Shown: positions 25,400 to 38,780 of the stretch, piece by piece
How positions within the stretch are numbered: position 1 is the first letter of the stretch
Layout of the letters: every line of letters starts with the position of its first letter
NCBI GenBank assembly: GCA_013239625.1
Contig: MU054391.1
Span: forward strand, 6,221,824-6,285,823
Direction: 5' to 3'
DNA: 64,000 nt
Source of the DNA: Lama guanicoe
Taxonomy: Eukaryota
Position numbers and translations under genes: made by a program
The notes under the pieces: generated by a model
The model's database searches: none
Seen by the model: the letters and a program-made list of their open reading frames with translations, nothing else
Told to the model about the DNA's origin: nothing

Positions 25400-28000
25400 C
25401 ACTTACAGCAACTCCCCAGAATATCTATAAAAACAACCTGAAATATGTTCTCCTTGCTTATATGATAATCTACATAATACTAAGTTTTAATAATATTGTT
25501 AACAAAAATAAGGTCACACTTTATACAGATTTTTGCATCCTAGTTTTCCCAAAGAAGTTAACAGTCAGAGCTCTAATTTATTCTTATTAATGGTTATGTA
25601 ATATTCTAAGGTGAGAATCACTGTGCTGTATTAAACCCTCTCCTATTGATAAATATTTACTTTTCCCCCACAGTTCTCCAGGGCTGCAATTCTTGAATAT
25701 CAAGTCTTATGCACTGATGTGCTTATTTCTGTGCGTTAGATTCCCAGATGCGGAATTATTGCCTGGCTGAAGGGTATATATGTGTTATTTAATAGATGGT
25801 GCCAGATTGCCTCTCAATGAAGCTGTAACCAGTAACTGAGTACTCATTTCCACACATCCCCAAGAGCAAAAGGTGTTATTGCTGTTTTTAAACTTTGCTA
25901 GTTTGCTAGTCATGAAGAATCATCTCACTGTTAATATAAATTGCATTTCCCATACTTGTGAGTTTTGAGAATCAAAACAATTTTGTTAGTCATTTGGAAT
26001 TGTTCTTCTGTGAATTGCTTTTCTATATCCTTGTTTATTTTTTATTGGGTAACTGTCTCATCACTTTCTGAGAACTCTTTGTAATAATAGTAAGCTATTG
26101 TGTGTCCTCTGAATTGCAAATATGTATAATTGGCACCTTGTTTCAGGTCTCTTTTGTTATAAACCATTTAAAATGGTTTAAATATTGACAAACATGTCTG
26201 TCTTTTTAAAAAAATAGCTTATGGGTTTACATTCTTGATAAAAGGGTTTTCCTACTGCTAAATTATTGTGTAGCCTCCTAAGAAAAAAGAAAAAGAAAAA
26301 AAATCTTTTTTGTGAGATTTTTTATCACCTTGCTTTTTATATTTAAGTCTTTATCTGGAATTGATCATTGTGTAAGTTATAAGACTGAGAGCCAATTAAT
26401 TCATGTTTTTCCATTAGTAGAAGACCATCTTTTTCATGTATTAGATTCTTAAACATACTGGGATCTATTTCTGCTTTCTCAGTTTGGTTCTAGATCTAGT
26501 TTCTCTTTCTATGCCAATACCATCTTTGTTTGAATAGAATGGCTTTCTAGTATGCCTTGATCTGGTAATGCAAATTCCCCTAAATATTCTTTTTCAAAAA
26601 GATGGTATTTTTAGAAATTAATTTTTCCAAATAAGCTTCATAATTTATTTTATCTAATTATCTGTCCCTTAAAAAAAAAAACACTGCTGGGCTTCTCTTT
26701 GAAGTTGCATTAAATATATACGTTAATTCCAGGAGGGGTGACTTCACATAAATACTATGCCTTCACATCCAAGAATAAGGTACTGCCTTCCCTTTATTCA
26801 GGCCTTGGTCTATGTCATTTGATAAGATTTTATTATTTTTATGTAAGACCTTTTTCTTGTTATATGGTATTCCTAAAATATTCAATAGTTTTGTTCACCC
26901 CTGTGAATATTTTTTCCCACTTCTAGTCACTTAAGGCTCAAATAGAGAGAAGTTGTCAATATTTGTGTGTTTATCTTATATCTAGCTATGTCACCAAATA
27001 CTCATTAATTCTAGTCACTTTGATACTACTCAGCCATAAAAACCGACAACATAATGCCATTTGGAGCAACATGGATGCTCCTAGAGAATGTCATTCTAAG
27101 TGAAGGAAGCCAGAAAGAGAAAGAAAAATACCATATGAGATCGCTCATATGTGGAATCTAAAAAACAAAAACAAAAACAAAAACAAACAAACAAACAAAA
27201 ACAAAGCATAAATACAGGACAGAAATAGACTCATGGACAGAGAATACAGACTTGTGGTTACCAGGGGGGTAGAGGGTGGGAAGGGATAGACTGGGATTTC
27301 GAAATTGTAGAATAGATAAACAAGATTACACTGTATAGCACAGGGAAATATACACAAAATGTTATGATAAATCACAGAGAAAAGAATTTTACAATGAGTG
27401 TGTATATGTCCATGAATGACTGAAAAATTGTGCTGAACACTGGAATTTGACACAACATTGTAAAATGATTATAAACCAATAAAAAATGTTAAAAAAATAA
27501 TTCTAGTCACTTTGACTAATTTCTTAGGTTTCTAAGTATATATCATCAACAAAAATAGATAGATTTCTCTGTTGTGTTCCAAAGTTTAAACCAGTTTTAT
27601 AGTTTTTAGTTTTATTTTACTGCATTTGCTGGAAACACCAAGATGATGTTCAATGACGGTAATGGTGATAGTATCAACCTCATTTAGTCCCTGATTTAAG
27701 TAAACATGGTCCTAGAGGCTCACCATTCAGAAAAATATTCTCTGTTGGTTCTTAGTGAATGATCTTTATTTTTAAGTTTCCATGATACAGCATCTAGAAC
27801 TTTCTAGGAAAGGATGCCAAGTTTTTTTCAAATGCCTTTTAGTCTCAACTGTGTGTATGTGTGTGTGTGTGATTTTTTTTTTTTCTCTTTGAATTGCTTT
27901 AACTTTGTTTTTCAAGAAGAGACTTTCATGCCTGGAAATTTACATGGGCATGTAATCTGTTCCTCATTCTTCCTTTTTTTTTTAATTGTCTATTTTCATT
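25400..28000 (-). mobile_element. Old degraded L1M (ORF2/3' region, antisense) hosting a younger L1
   Basis: Long AT-rich block with antisense L1 motifs (ttcttctgtgaattg, ctatgccaataccat, gttgcattaaatatatac, atcttatatctagc). Confidence 0.65.
27024..27498 (+). mobile_element. Young 5'-truncated LINE-1
   Basis: tactactcagccataaaaa...gcaacatggatg...ctcatatgtggaatctaaaa, then 3' UTR and A tail. Perfect 17-bp TSD AATTCTAGTCACTTTGA (27007-27023 and 27499-27515). Same family as 3606-4016. Confidence 0.93.
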
Positions 28001-28659
28001 CTTTCTTATTTTAATTCATTTCTATGATTTTTTCAAGCACAAAAATCTAGCAAAAAAGTTGTTTGCATGTGATGGAATATTGTATCATTTGTTATAACAT
28101 TTTCAAAGATTATTGTCCTAAGAAGAGAATGGTGAAATAAAATGGAGAAAAACATTAGGATGCAAAACCATATATGGTGTGACCTTAATTCTTTAAAAAA
28201 GAAATACTCACCTATACATGAAAGACCTCAGAAAGGAAATATATAGTGTTAAGAGAGATAGGGGTGATTTTTAATTGTTCCTCATAGTTTTGTGTATTTT
28301 CAGGATTTCCTACAGTAAACTTTTCATGCTGTTATAATCAGAAGGAAAACCACATTTTAATGTTGAAATGTTGATAGCAGGAAACTTATGTCTCCTTCAG
28401 ATGCAAATGGCACCCAGAGTTCTCATGGCAAAGCCTGGCTGGAGCTCATTGGAGGACTGAGGCGCCCAGGTTCTAGAAGGCTCAGGGGTGTCACTGCTAC
28501 CTGATGGGCCCCCTTACAGGGACTTCTATTACAGTTGTTTATTTAATCCAGAGTCCCTGCTTCCAGCACTTGCAACCCCTCCAACCCAAGACAGTCACTT
28601 GACAAGAGGTCTCCTGCAATGTAGCCTGGGGTTGGAGAGCAAACCTGAAATGGGGGCCA

Positions 28660-28780
28660 GAAGACCAGCCCAGCTCTGGCTCTGTCCTTTTTCTGCTGTA
28701 TGACCTTGGGCAAGTCACTTGGCCTCTCTGAAGCACAAAGATAACTCCTCGCTCATAAAATGGGGGAAATCGTGCCTAGT
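28660..28780 (+). mobile_element. MIR SINE fragment
   Basis: gctgtatgaccttgggcaagtcacttggcctctctg...cataaaatgggg. Confidence 0.75.
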
Positions 28781-29859
28781 CTTCTTGGTTGTATGGATCA
28801 AAATCTAAAAGAGATCCTACAGATGGGGCTTTTTATAAACCACCCAGTGTAGTATAAACCCAAGGGGCTGTTGTTGCTCCCACAGAGAGAGCCCTTTGCC
28901 ATCATCTGAACATCCTGGTTACAAAACAATTCTTATTTAATTGGACTCATCTGAGTAGGTCAAATAATAATAATAATTACTGAGAGTGGTAATCATATCA
29001 AGGACAGCTCACCATGCTTCTGTTACATAACCTGAGCTTCTCTCCAACGCCCCACTTTGAAAGCCTCTCCCATTTGCCTGCTTGTGACTCAGGAATCCCA
29101 GATTGGTCCTGTGCTTGGGGGAAGGCCCTCAGCTCCTTCTCCCACGAGGCAAACAAGTAGTCAGGGTTGTCATCCTTGCCTGGGTCTCTTCACACCCAAC
29201 CACAGGGTAAATATGAATCGATTGCTCAACCCACCTTGAAACACATAGCGTCACTGCTCCGTGTACAGGTGTGCCATTAGATGAGGGATTTAAAGAAGGC
29301 CAAGCGGGAGATGATGCTGTCATGCCACCTGTGCCCTCAACCAACATGTGTTTAAACACTTCTCCCCCACCCAGCACAGAACCACCCTATGGCAGTGTCA
29401 AAGGTCCCTTCCTCCCACAGTCACTAATGTCCCTGTTCCTAAAACCGGTTCTTTTCCCCAGCTCCCCAGGGAGAGTCAGCAGGGTGCCTGGGCCCTCCCC
29501 ATTCAAGTTCCTGCACCCAGGCTGGGCCTCATTCTCCATTAGCAGCCCTCTCTGCTGATTAGAGCCCCTCCCTTCAGTCCCATGTGTTAACCCATGAAAT
29601 CTCCTTCCAGTAAAAATCTCAGGAGTATCGGGGGCCCACAGAGTGCAGACCCGGATGCTGTGGCTGGGTGGGAAGCAGGGCATGCTAAATCTCCCTTTAG
29701 TTACACCTGCAAAGCCCTCTCACTCACCAGAACTAGAACAAAATGACCCCTTACAATTTTTCAGAGAAATAAAAGCAAACCAGCTTCCCTGGACAGTCTT
29801 GGTCACTGGTCTGCTTTCATCCATTGTGCTAGAACTCAGGGGCCCTGTCACCTTTTAGT

Positions 29860-30300
29860 TTGGGAAAGTTTTCTTGAATTATTTCATCCATTATTTCCTC
29901 TCCGGTTTTCTCTGCTGCTCTTTCTGGAGTGGTTTCTTGGGGGGTTGTTTTGAATTAGGCTTCCTGCATTAGACCCTTAGCTTTCTTGTCTTTTTCTTTA
30001 CACCTTCACCTTTTGGCTTTACTTTCTGAGAGGGGTCTTTAAGCTCTTTTTCCTGTCCTTCCCTTGAGTATTTCATTACTTCTATCAAGTTTTTAATTCT
30101 CCGGAAATAGTTACTTTCTGAACACTCCTCTGTCTACCACCTGTTTTTATTTCATGGGTGGAATGACTATTCCTTTCAAGAATTTGATAAGAATGATTTT
30201 TTCCTTCTTCCTGCATAGAGACTGTTTCTTCAGGCTTATTTGTTTGTTTAGGTCTCTGTATTTCAAGGTCCTGGATCCCTGATTGTCTGCCCTCATTGCA
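29860..30300 (-). mobile_element. Ancient L1ME/HAL1-like ORF1-region fragment
   Basis: agtttgggaaagttttcttgaattatttc...tttcctctcc; pyrimidine-rich antisense L1 5' region. Confidence 0.5.
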
Positions 30301-31649
30301 GAGTGAGGTGTTGAAATGGCAATTAGGATTCCTGGGGATGTGGGATTTCTTAGACCCCTTTTGGGAGGGGGAGCCCCTAACCAGGTCTGTATCTTAGGTC
30401 TTTATTTTGGTGCTGGTGGGAACTCCGAAAGGCAGCTTGGTATGAAGATACAAATGGCATTTTTTCACTAAATTCTTGTATTTTAGAGCCTGGCCGCAGA
30501 CCCAAATACCACCAATAAACATTTGAAAGGGGATTCACACAGAACACGTTCAGTTTGTAAAAATCAGATTTCTACTGCGCTCTCTCCAAAAAAGACAGAT
30601 GTCCCAGAACGTAGCACCAGACCAGGTAGTGCCAATTGCATCTACTTTGGAACTTCTGGTGGACAAATAAAATCGCCGCAGCAACACAGGGCGAGATGCA
30701 GCCTCGTTTCTCTCAGTCGAAAGAAAATGTGCTGCACCCCTTTGGTATCTGGACACCAGTGGGATGTTGGTGTGCCAGCCAGGAGGGTTTCCTTAGATGA
30801 CCTAACTCAGGGAGAACCTCTCAGGTGAGGAGCATGGGCAGAATCTCAGAGGATTCAGTTTTCTTCTCCAAGAATGCTTTTATTCATTCAGGCGCTGGAT
30901 GTAATTTACAATATGTCCAGTGTCTTCTGTTCTGACTGATCCTGTTTCCACCCTCCCGGGAAGCTTCTGTCCCCTGAGATGCTGTATCTCAGTACATTCT
31001 CCGAGTCTCTCCTGCATCTGACTCATGATTTTCACCATTTGCAATTCCTATCTGAAAGTGCTGCAAGCTGCCTGCGGGCGTTGGAAGGCGCCAGCCAAAC
31101 CAAACATTTAATTTAAAGGCTTAGCCCCCAGGAGAAGGGATGATGCTGATGATGATGATGATGATGATTATTATTATTATTATTTGTCACATTTAATGTG
31201 TTCCATCTCTGAGCCTCTGGGTACTCATAAAGTGAACAATACTCCTATTTAAGCACCCAAGTTGGAGCTAAATGCCCTGAGTCTTGTCAGTTTGAAGCAG
31301 GTTGTGGAATGAGACAGGATGAATGGCAATCTCTAATCATGCTTAGAATGCTTGGTTTCCAAAGAGAGAGGGATTTGAATTAATAGGACAGGCTGTAGGA
31401 TCACCCATGTCCTGGAGCATCCCCAAATGTACTCTTCGGTGGAATTAATATTTGTCTAGATCCAGGGAGCTACCTTGTTCCACAAACACGAACAGAAGCC
31501 CTGGAGTCAGACCCTCGAGACACAGAGCTGGTGGAGCTTGGGTCACTGTTTTGAATGAATTCACAGTGCCCTGCGGCAGGAGCATGAACCCCAGATCCAC
31601 ACGCTGGGGTCTAGGAACAAGTTGCTGGAGGTCAGCGTGGTGTCCTAGG

Positions 31650-31870
31650 ATGCTGTGAACTCCAAAGGGGTAGTTCTCTTCCTCTGCCATGAGGCCAGAG
31701 TGGAAATACTGTGCTCAGTGGTTCTTGGCCCCACATGTCTGAAGGACCTGGGCAAAGAGGAACATATTCAGAGGACCAGCCAGGAGGCTGAGGGGCTAAC
31801 CATGTCCTATGTGCAGCCTTGAGGGACAGCAGTTATTTTGGCTGGACAGAAAAACCTGGGAGTGGCAAGA
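31650..31870 (+). mobile_element. L3/CR1 LINE 3' fragment
   Basis: tggaaatactgtgctcag...ggccccacat...aaggac...ttcagaggac...aaccatgtcctatg resembles the CR1/L3 ORF2 end. Confidence 0.6.
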
Positions 31871-31879
31871 GGGAGAAGG

Positions 31880-32325
31880 AGAATACTGTTGAAAGAAATG
31901 AAAGAAAACCTAAATAAAATAGAAAGACACCCTCAGTTTACAGATTGAAAGACAATTTTGTTGAATGGCAATACTCCCAAACTGAGCTATAGATTCAGTG
32001 CACTCTTTATCCAAATCCCAGATGGCCAGTTTGCAGAAATTGACAAGCTGATCCGTACATTTATATGGAAAGTCAAGAAGCTCAGAGTAGCTGAAACAAT
32101 TTTGATAAAGAACAAAGTTGGAGGACTCACACTTCCTAATTTCACAACTTACTACAAAGCTACCAGAATCAAGACAGTGTGGTCCTGGTGTGAGGATAGA
32201 AATATAGATCAATAGAACAGAATTGAGAATCTAGAAATAGACCCATACACATGTGAACAATTGATTTTCAACAATGCTACCAAGACAGTTCGGTGGAAGA
32301 AAGAATAGCCTTTTTAACAAATGAT
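31880..32325 (+). mobile_element. LINE-1 ORF2 fragment (decayed)
   Basis: ORF 31958-32215 translates PKLSYRFSALFIQIP...EIDKLIRTFIWK...KNKVGGLTLPNFTTYYKATRIKTVWSW...RNIDQ, the L1 ORF2p region C-terminal to the RT domain. In-frame stops follow. Confidence 0.92.
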
Positions 32326-33499
32326 GGCTGTCGTTTGTGCTCCGCCCCTCGGCTCGACGTTTTGCGCAACCACAACTGGGCAGTGACACTGGGACGGCGC
32401 ATCCCGAGGGAGAAGGCTTTCCACAGATCACTTCCTGGGGAAGGGGAACCCCCAGGAGAGAGGATGATTACTTAACAGGATGTGTAAACTGTCCCACTGA
32501 TTCACTCAGAACCCACTCCGGGAAGCAGCAAGGCCCAGCAGTGTTTACTTTTGCAGAACGCAGAACGGTGTCTTGGACGCAGGCGAGCTCTGGAAGCTCC
32601 CACACGGCAGATGAAGCCCCAGGGTTGGAGACAGAGATGAGCAAAAGCAGACTATTACAGCTTTTCACAAACGTCAGGCTGCCCTGCTGGGATCGTGGAG
32701 ATTGACCCTTGATACACTCAGGTTTACCTGAGCGGGAAGGCATCACAGACCACCCCGTGCACTGAGGCCACTGCTGCCCAGTAAGACTCATCCTCCTCGT
32801 GCATGCATGTTTCACCGTTTGCTGAGGACTCCCACGTACGTGACCTTGCCTGAGCTTGGTCATGACCTCTTGTTTTTGTGCCCATTTCACTGATGAGGAA
32901 ATTGAGGACTGGTGGAGCTGGGGCCAGAAACCAGGTCTTCAAACACTTGATCTAGAACAATTTCTGTGACCTATTGTGCCTCCTTTGAGCTGTGGGGTTT
33001 CCGTGGTGTGAACAGCCCAACGCTGTAAGATTGAGACATATCAGGCCTCTTGGTGGGGTTTCTCCTACTCAAAGCTGGAAACGGCCCTTCAGTGTGTGTT
33101 ATTACATTTGATTACATGTGATTAGATACAACTTTTTGGTTGAACAAAAGCTGTGTTTCTGAAAAATCTATTAATTGTGTTTTCAAATGAGTTGTATACC
33201 AACAAATGTCAATCTCTATCTTTCATTGGATGAAAAGGTATATTCAAATATTGCCACTAAAAAACAACAAACCCCGATATGGGTCCAGGCTGGAGTCAGC
33301 CTTGTGGGTGTGCCCACGTCAGGACAAGAGGGCTGGAGCCCTCTGCAGAGGTGTGGGGTTGTGTCTCCATCCTTTCTCTCGCCTGGCTTTCCCCTCTGCC
33401 TGGAAACTCACTCACCTGAAATAAACCCTGCCTTGGCCCAGCCTGTTCCAGTTCCCACCTGCCTTCTCCCTGCTTTACAGCAGTTGCCACAATTCCTCC

Positions 33500-34420
33500 A
33501 TCTGGGAGCCTGTGGCCTGCCCTCCTGTTTCCTTCTCATCCCACGGCTCTCCAGCTGCGTCCCCTCCTCAACCAGGGCAGAAGTCCCCATTAACGGCCTT
33601 CTCACTTTTGAGATTCCTCTCAAGTGACCCAACTGCTCCCTGGTCATCACCTCCAAGTTCAACCTCCATTTCCAGCCACTGCTGAACTTTCAGCATCTGC
33701 CTCCTGGAAACTTCCACCAACAGGTCCTTGGGATCTTTGCTTTTAGCCAAATTCAGCCTTGGGCGTCCATCACACATGTCCTCTCCCACCTCATCCCAAG
33801 TATCCAGATTCTGCAAATCATCCCAGCCAGGAATCAGGGGGCCCATCCAGAGTCCTGACCTCCGCCTCCTCCACCAAATCAAACCCTCGTCCTGCTGATT
33901 TCGCTTTCAAATTTACCAGCCCCGAGTCAGGCCTTCTCCTCGCAGTACCTCCCCAGCTGGTCTTTGGCTCTCTCAAATCTTCTCCCCACAACTGGGAAAT
34001 GAACTTTCTAGAATGTATATCTTACTATAAGTCATTCTTTCCCCTGGTGGAACCCCTGGGGCTCTTCCTCAGCCTCCAGATGAATGCCCAGCGACTTGAG
34101 CTGACGGACCTACCACCTGCCACCTGCCACTTGCCCCCTGTGTCACCTACCATCTCTGGCCCCAGAAGTCACCCTCATCTGGAAATGCTCTGGACCCACT
34201 GTGCACCCTGCAGTGTGCTTGGGCCAGTCTCATCACTGAAAACGTGGTGCCTGTCTGGAAACTTTGGACCTGGAGCAGATGTCGTGTCCCTAGGAAGGAT
34301 CCTCTTTTGTGCTCATTGCTAATGAATGACCCGTTTGTGTGTCTCTCCTGTTAAACTGGAAGTGTTGACAGAGCAGGGCCCCTCTTTTCCTCATCTCTGA
34401 TCCCCCAGCCATAGGACAAG
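33500..34420 (+). mobile_element. Degraded L2 LINE
   Basis: Pyrimidine-rich L2-like text ending ...aaactggaagtgttgacagagcagggcc...catctctgatcccccagc. Confidence 0.5.
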
Positions 34421-37400
34421 TCCTTATGAAAACCAAGATGGAGCCCATCCCATTTCAGTCAGTGTGAGGGTCCTGCATCGACCCAAGTGTCAGCCTGCCT
34501 TGCAGATTATGCTTTCTATTTAACTGTTTTATTATGAAAAATTTCAAACTTCTCCCCAGGAAACAGCATATAGGAACAGTAATAATGAACCCCATGAACC
34601 CCTCACCCCACTGGAATAATTATCCACATTTTACCATTTTTGTTTCATTCTTCTCACCACCCATTGCCCCCAACTCGATTATTGGGTTTTTTTCCCACAA
34701 TTCAAAGATTGTGCTTTTTTTCCTTGCTGGTCTTCACTACCATCTATCCTGGAAAAGAACATTTGCATTTGGTCATTTGACCAACAGTAAAGGACAGGAA
34801 GTGTCGAGCATGATTATAGCAGTGGGTAGAAGCCATTTATGATTATGCCTTGATTCGGTATCAGGTTTAGGGCCTCCTAAGCTTCATCTCGTTTAACTTA
34901 AAACAGGGTGCAGAGTAGGTGCCATTATCATCCCCATTTTACAGCTGATGAAACTCAGACTTGAGATTCTAGAAATGTGCCCCAAGTCACAGTGGCTGAG
35001 CTGATTCCCCCTGACATCCCAGCCCAACACGGCCCATCTGCACAATTTAAAACAATGACCAGCCCCTGTTGTCCCCTGGGGCTCTGGTGGCTGGTCACGG
35101 AGGCCAGTTGGGAGGGAACCCCCAACCCCATGGAACCCCATGCAAACACTCTGAGCCACCTGGCCTCAGGAGACAGAGAGGCTGCTCACGCCAACCTCCT
35201 CATAATGATCTTGGTGGGAACAGGAGCCTATGGGGCCAAGGCAAGACGGGGCCCGCCAGCTGTTTGGGGAGGCAGTAGGGAGTTACAGTCAGGATGCATC
35301 ACTGGCCGGGGCTGGGGCTGGGGCCAGGGTGTTGTCCAACGTGTTTGGGTGGGTGACTGGCAGCGGGGGTGTGGGCTGTGATGTAACAGGGCTGCTGCCA
35401 CTGCTGAGTGGCAGGGCAACTGACTAAATTTCCTCCTCTGTCAACAGCCTTTCCTCACCTCCTCTACTGGAGAGGGTGGGCGCTGTCACACCCACGGCCA
35501 AGACCGCCAGCCAGGCAGAGACAGCGAGCATGCCGAGGGTCAGCCACCACTTGCAGCCACCGCCACCTTAACCTTGGACAGAGAGGCTGCAAGGTTGGTC
35601 CTGGCACAGATGCCTTAGACACCCAGGCACAGGGATGAAAAGCCATCCGCCCTACAGGAAGGAGAAAAGCAAACTGCACAACAGTCTGCGAGCCCACTTT
35701 GTGGAGGAAAAAAATGTACATAAACACATATGTTCATTACATCTAGTCTGTGTGTGGAAACATGAATAGGAAACATGAAATGTAGCAAAACTGCGTAGGT
35801 CCCAAGCGTAGGATTAAGTAAAATGTTTGCTTCCTTTACTGGGTGTTTCTGTACCGTTGGAATTTGAGTATTTTTATAATAAGCACATAATTTTATGATA
35901 TCTAACATTTTTCATGAAATGAGAAAAATACTGCTGAAGTGTATTTGACATGGAAAAATATTCACAGTGAATGGAATGAGAAGTTATAAGACAGCTGTGC
36001 CGGCATGTGTGGGAAGAGAAAAAAGTGCAGGGCGGATCCAAAAAGCAGGCTGTCTGTCCATGAAGAGGTGGACACACAACAGATTTTTCTTTTGACCCAG
36101 GGAGGAGGTGAAGTTAAGAAGGGATCATATATTGAGAACCTACTGGGAGCCAGGTGTGGTGTGAGCACCTGTATTATTTCAATGAAGTCTTTGCAACCAG
36201 CCAGGGAGATGGATATCATTAATTCATTCATGCAAATATTTCTGAGCACCTCCCAGTTGCCACCCTTCATATCATCGTTTTACAGATAAGAAAACTGAGG
36301 TTCAGAGGTGATCTGACCCCCCATGCAAGGCTGGAGCTGGTGCCTAGAGCCGCCTTCCTGTGAATTAGAAGTGGGTGCGCCTCTGGGTAGATGCAGCCTC
36401 CCGCCAGGACACACGACTTGGCAAGAAGTATTTCCTTGGCCAGGCACCCCCAGTTCTGCCCTTAAGATCTCATGGCCAGTGGGTGGGACAGCTGGGCCCT
36501 TGGGAGCCAGCCACTTGCTTCCTCCCACATGACACCAACTTTCTCTACCAGCAAAGATCTCCCAGGGGCAGGTCATCTTCATGGACTTGTTGGCAAACTC
36601 TACAAACTAAAACAGATGTTTCTAGTCTTAGAAAGGAGTCTGGAAGAACTCCTATGAAGCAGCGAGCAAGCCAAGAGTCCAGGAGGGCTGTGGGGCTGGA
36701 GCAAAAGGCTGGATCACACTTGACAGAAGGGACAGATATGTCGCTGGGTCTTGCCCCTGTGCAAGGTGGGGCATGTGAGCGGCACGTGGAAGTGATGGCA
36801 TCTTTGGTCAGCCCGCCTGAGTCCTGGTTTCTAGCACTTGAACTATTCGGAGGAAAAGGAAAAAAGACTGATTGGGGCTGCTCTAAGGATGCATGGTTGT
36901 AAACCACTAAGGGGAACATTTAAGAAAAATTTTCTAGTAAGGTGCATTGAGAAGCAGAAGGGGCTGTCTTAAGTGCAGGGATGTCTCCGTCATGGGCCAG
37001 CCCCTGTTTAGGTCACGTTAGTGTGGACTGCATAACGTTGGGGGACTGCCCAGTGGTGACACTCAAGGATTCTGATTTGTTTGACAAACCCATTTAGGGC
37101 ACTGCACTGGGCTACCGTGTCAGAATTCCTTTCCACGCAAATGAGAATCACCAGATTCAGGCCTCAGGTGCAGCCAGGAGCCCAGAGAACAGGCCCCTGA
37201 AGAAGGAAGGAAAGGTTGGCTGGGAGAAGGCACGTCCACAGGCGCATCCAGGGAAGCCAGCGTTCCGGGAGAGCCTCTGCCAGCTGGCATCCCAAGCTGA
37301 CTGGTTTGCATGTTGCTCCGGGAACCTGGATAGGTCCTTGGCATGGCCGACTCATTTCTCAGCAGCTTCCGCTGTCATCTTGGACCTTGGGAACTTGCAG

Positions 37401-37909
37401 AGCAGAGCCTAGGGCAGCAGTGGAAGAGTGAGGGGCCAGTGTGCACCCCAGGCACCCCTGCTCATCTATACTGTTACGATCGGGACCCACTTCACCAGCT
37501 GGCAGAGCTGCCATTGCCCTGGCCCCTGGAATTCTAAGCGCCCAGCCCAGGCTGTGCCCAGTGTCTGTGGGTTGAATTTATATGCATAAATAACATGGAT
37601 GAATGAAAAATACACACAGCGCGACTCTGCCCTTGGGTTCCTTGGGGGCGCCTCCATCCTGAAACCACTCAGAACTGCCAGCCCCCCCCCCGGGAGCCTC
37701 CTGCAGCAGTGAGGCTGGGAGCTGGGCCCCAGGGACTTCAGGGAGAGAAGCACTGGGTTAATATTTGTCAAGTGTGCTGGTGCTGGTTTTTTCTATCAAG
37801 TGACTTTGGTTTCAATTTACATTTGGGGGAGAGGCTATAAAATGATAAGTTAAAAAAATACTATCTCATGACTAATTTGTATGTCTTTATCGAAAATGAA
37901 GTTAAAGCT

Positions 37910-38011
37910 GGTAATGAAAAAGAATATGAAAAGGAATGTATATGTATAACTGAATCACTGTATTGTACACCAGAAACTAACACAACATTGTAAATGGACT
38001 GTACTTCAGTT

Positions 38012-38042
<31 letters not shown>

Positions 38043-38050
38043 GAAAAGAA
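37910..38050 (+). mobile_element. L1 3' end with a (GAAAA)n tail microsatellite
   Basis: tatgtataactgaatcactgtattgtacaccagaaactaacacaacattgtaaat followed by A/GAAAA repeats. Confidence 0.78.
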
Positions 38051-38589
38051 GAGAAAGGTTAACCTTTGCGTTGGGGCTGTTCCTGTCTAGTTTGTAGGCT
38101 GTGACTTGCTCATTTACTTTCTGGTTTGTGAGCACACGTTACATTCGAAGAAGGTAACAATTTGGCACGGATGTTAGCTATTTCTCAGCGCCAGCCCGGG
38201 TCTTGAAAGCACAAGGTGCCCTGCCTGACTCAAGGTCCCTCCCCGGGTGTCTGGTGTCGTCCAGGGGGGGCCAAAGAAGTCCAGCCAGCTCTGGCTCCTG
38301 CGTGGAAGCATTCCTTTTTGATGTTTTCTATCTTGAGGAGCCCATGTAAGATTTCCATGGAGTAAGAGCTTGTGATTAAAAGGCTGTTAACACTCACTTC
38401 TGGCCTGAAGTACGCATTTTGCTGGTGAGGAAGCCCACGACTGGGTGAGGAGTAAGTTGTTCTGGACGCACACCCTCACACCCTCACATACACACACATA
38501 CACCACACAGACCCTACATCCTCTGGGCGTCCTGAGCCTGGGCATCCTGCATCCTACATTGGTGGAAAGCGGCATCCAAAGTACAGCCC

Positions 38590-38780
38590 TGGCTTCAGTC
38601 CTGGTGCCGTGGCCTTGGATACTACTGAACGTAGCCCGCCTCAGTTTTCCCATCTGTAAAGTGGGGACGACACTGGTGGCACCTCTCTCACAGGCCCGCA
38701 GTGAAATTTAAATGAGCCACTTCATGTTAAAGAGCTAAGGGGCGTGCCCAGCACAGTGCTCAGTAAAAGTTTATTATTAT
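38590..38780 (+). mobile_element. MIR SINE
   Basis: gcctcagttttcccatctgtaaagtgggg...ttaaatgag...gtgcccagcacagtgctcagtaaaagtttattattat. Confidence 0.8.

Noticed and set aside
31958..32215. ORF with real protein homology
   Set aside because: It is a LINE-1 ORF2 remnant bounded by stops, not a host CDS.
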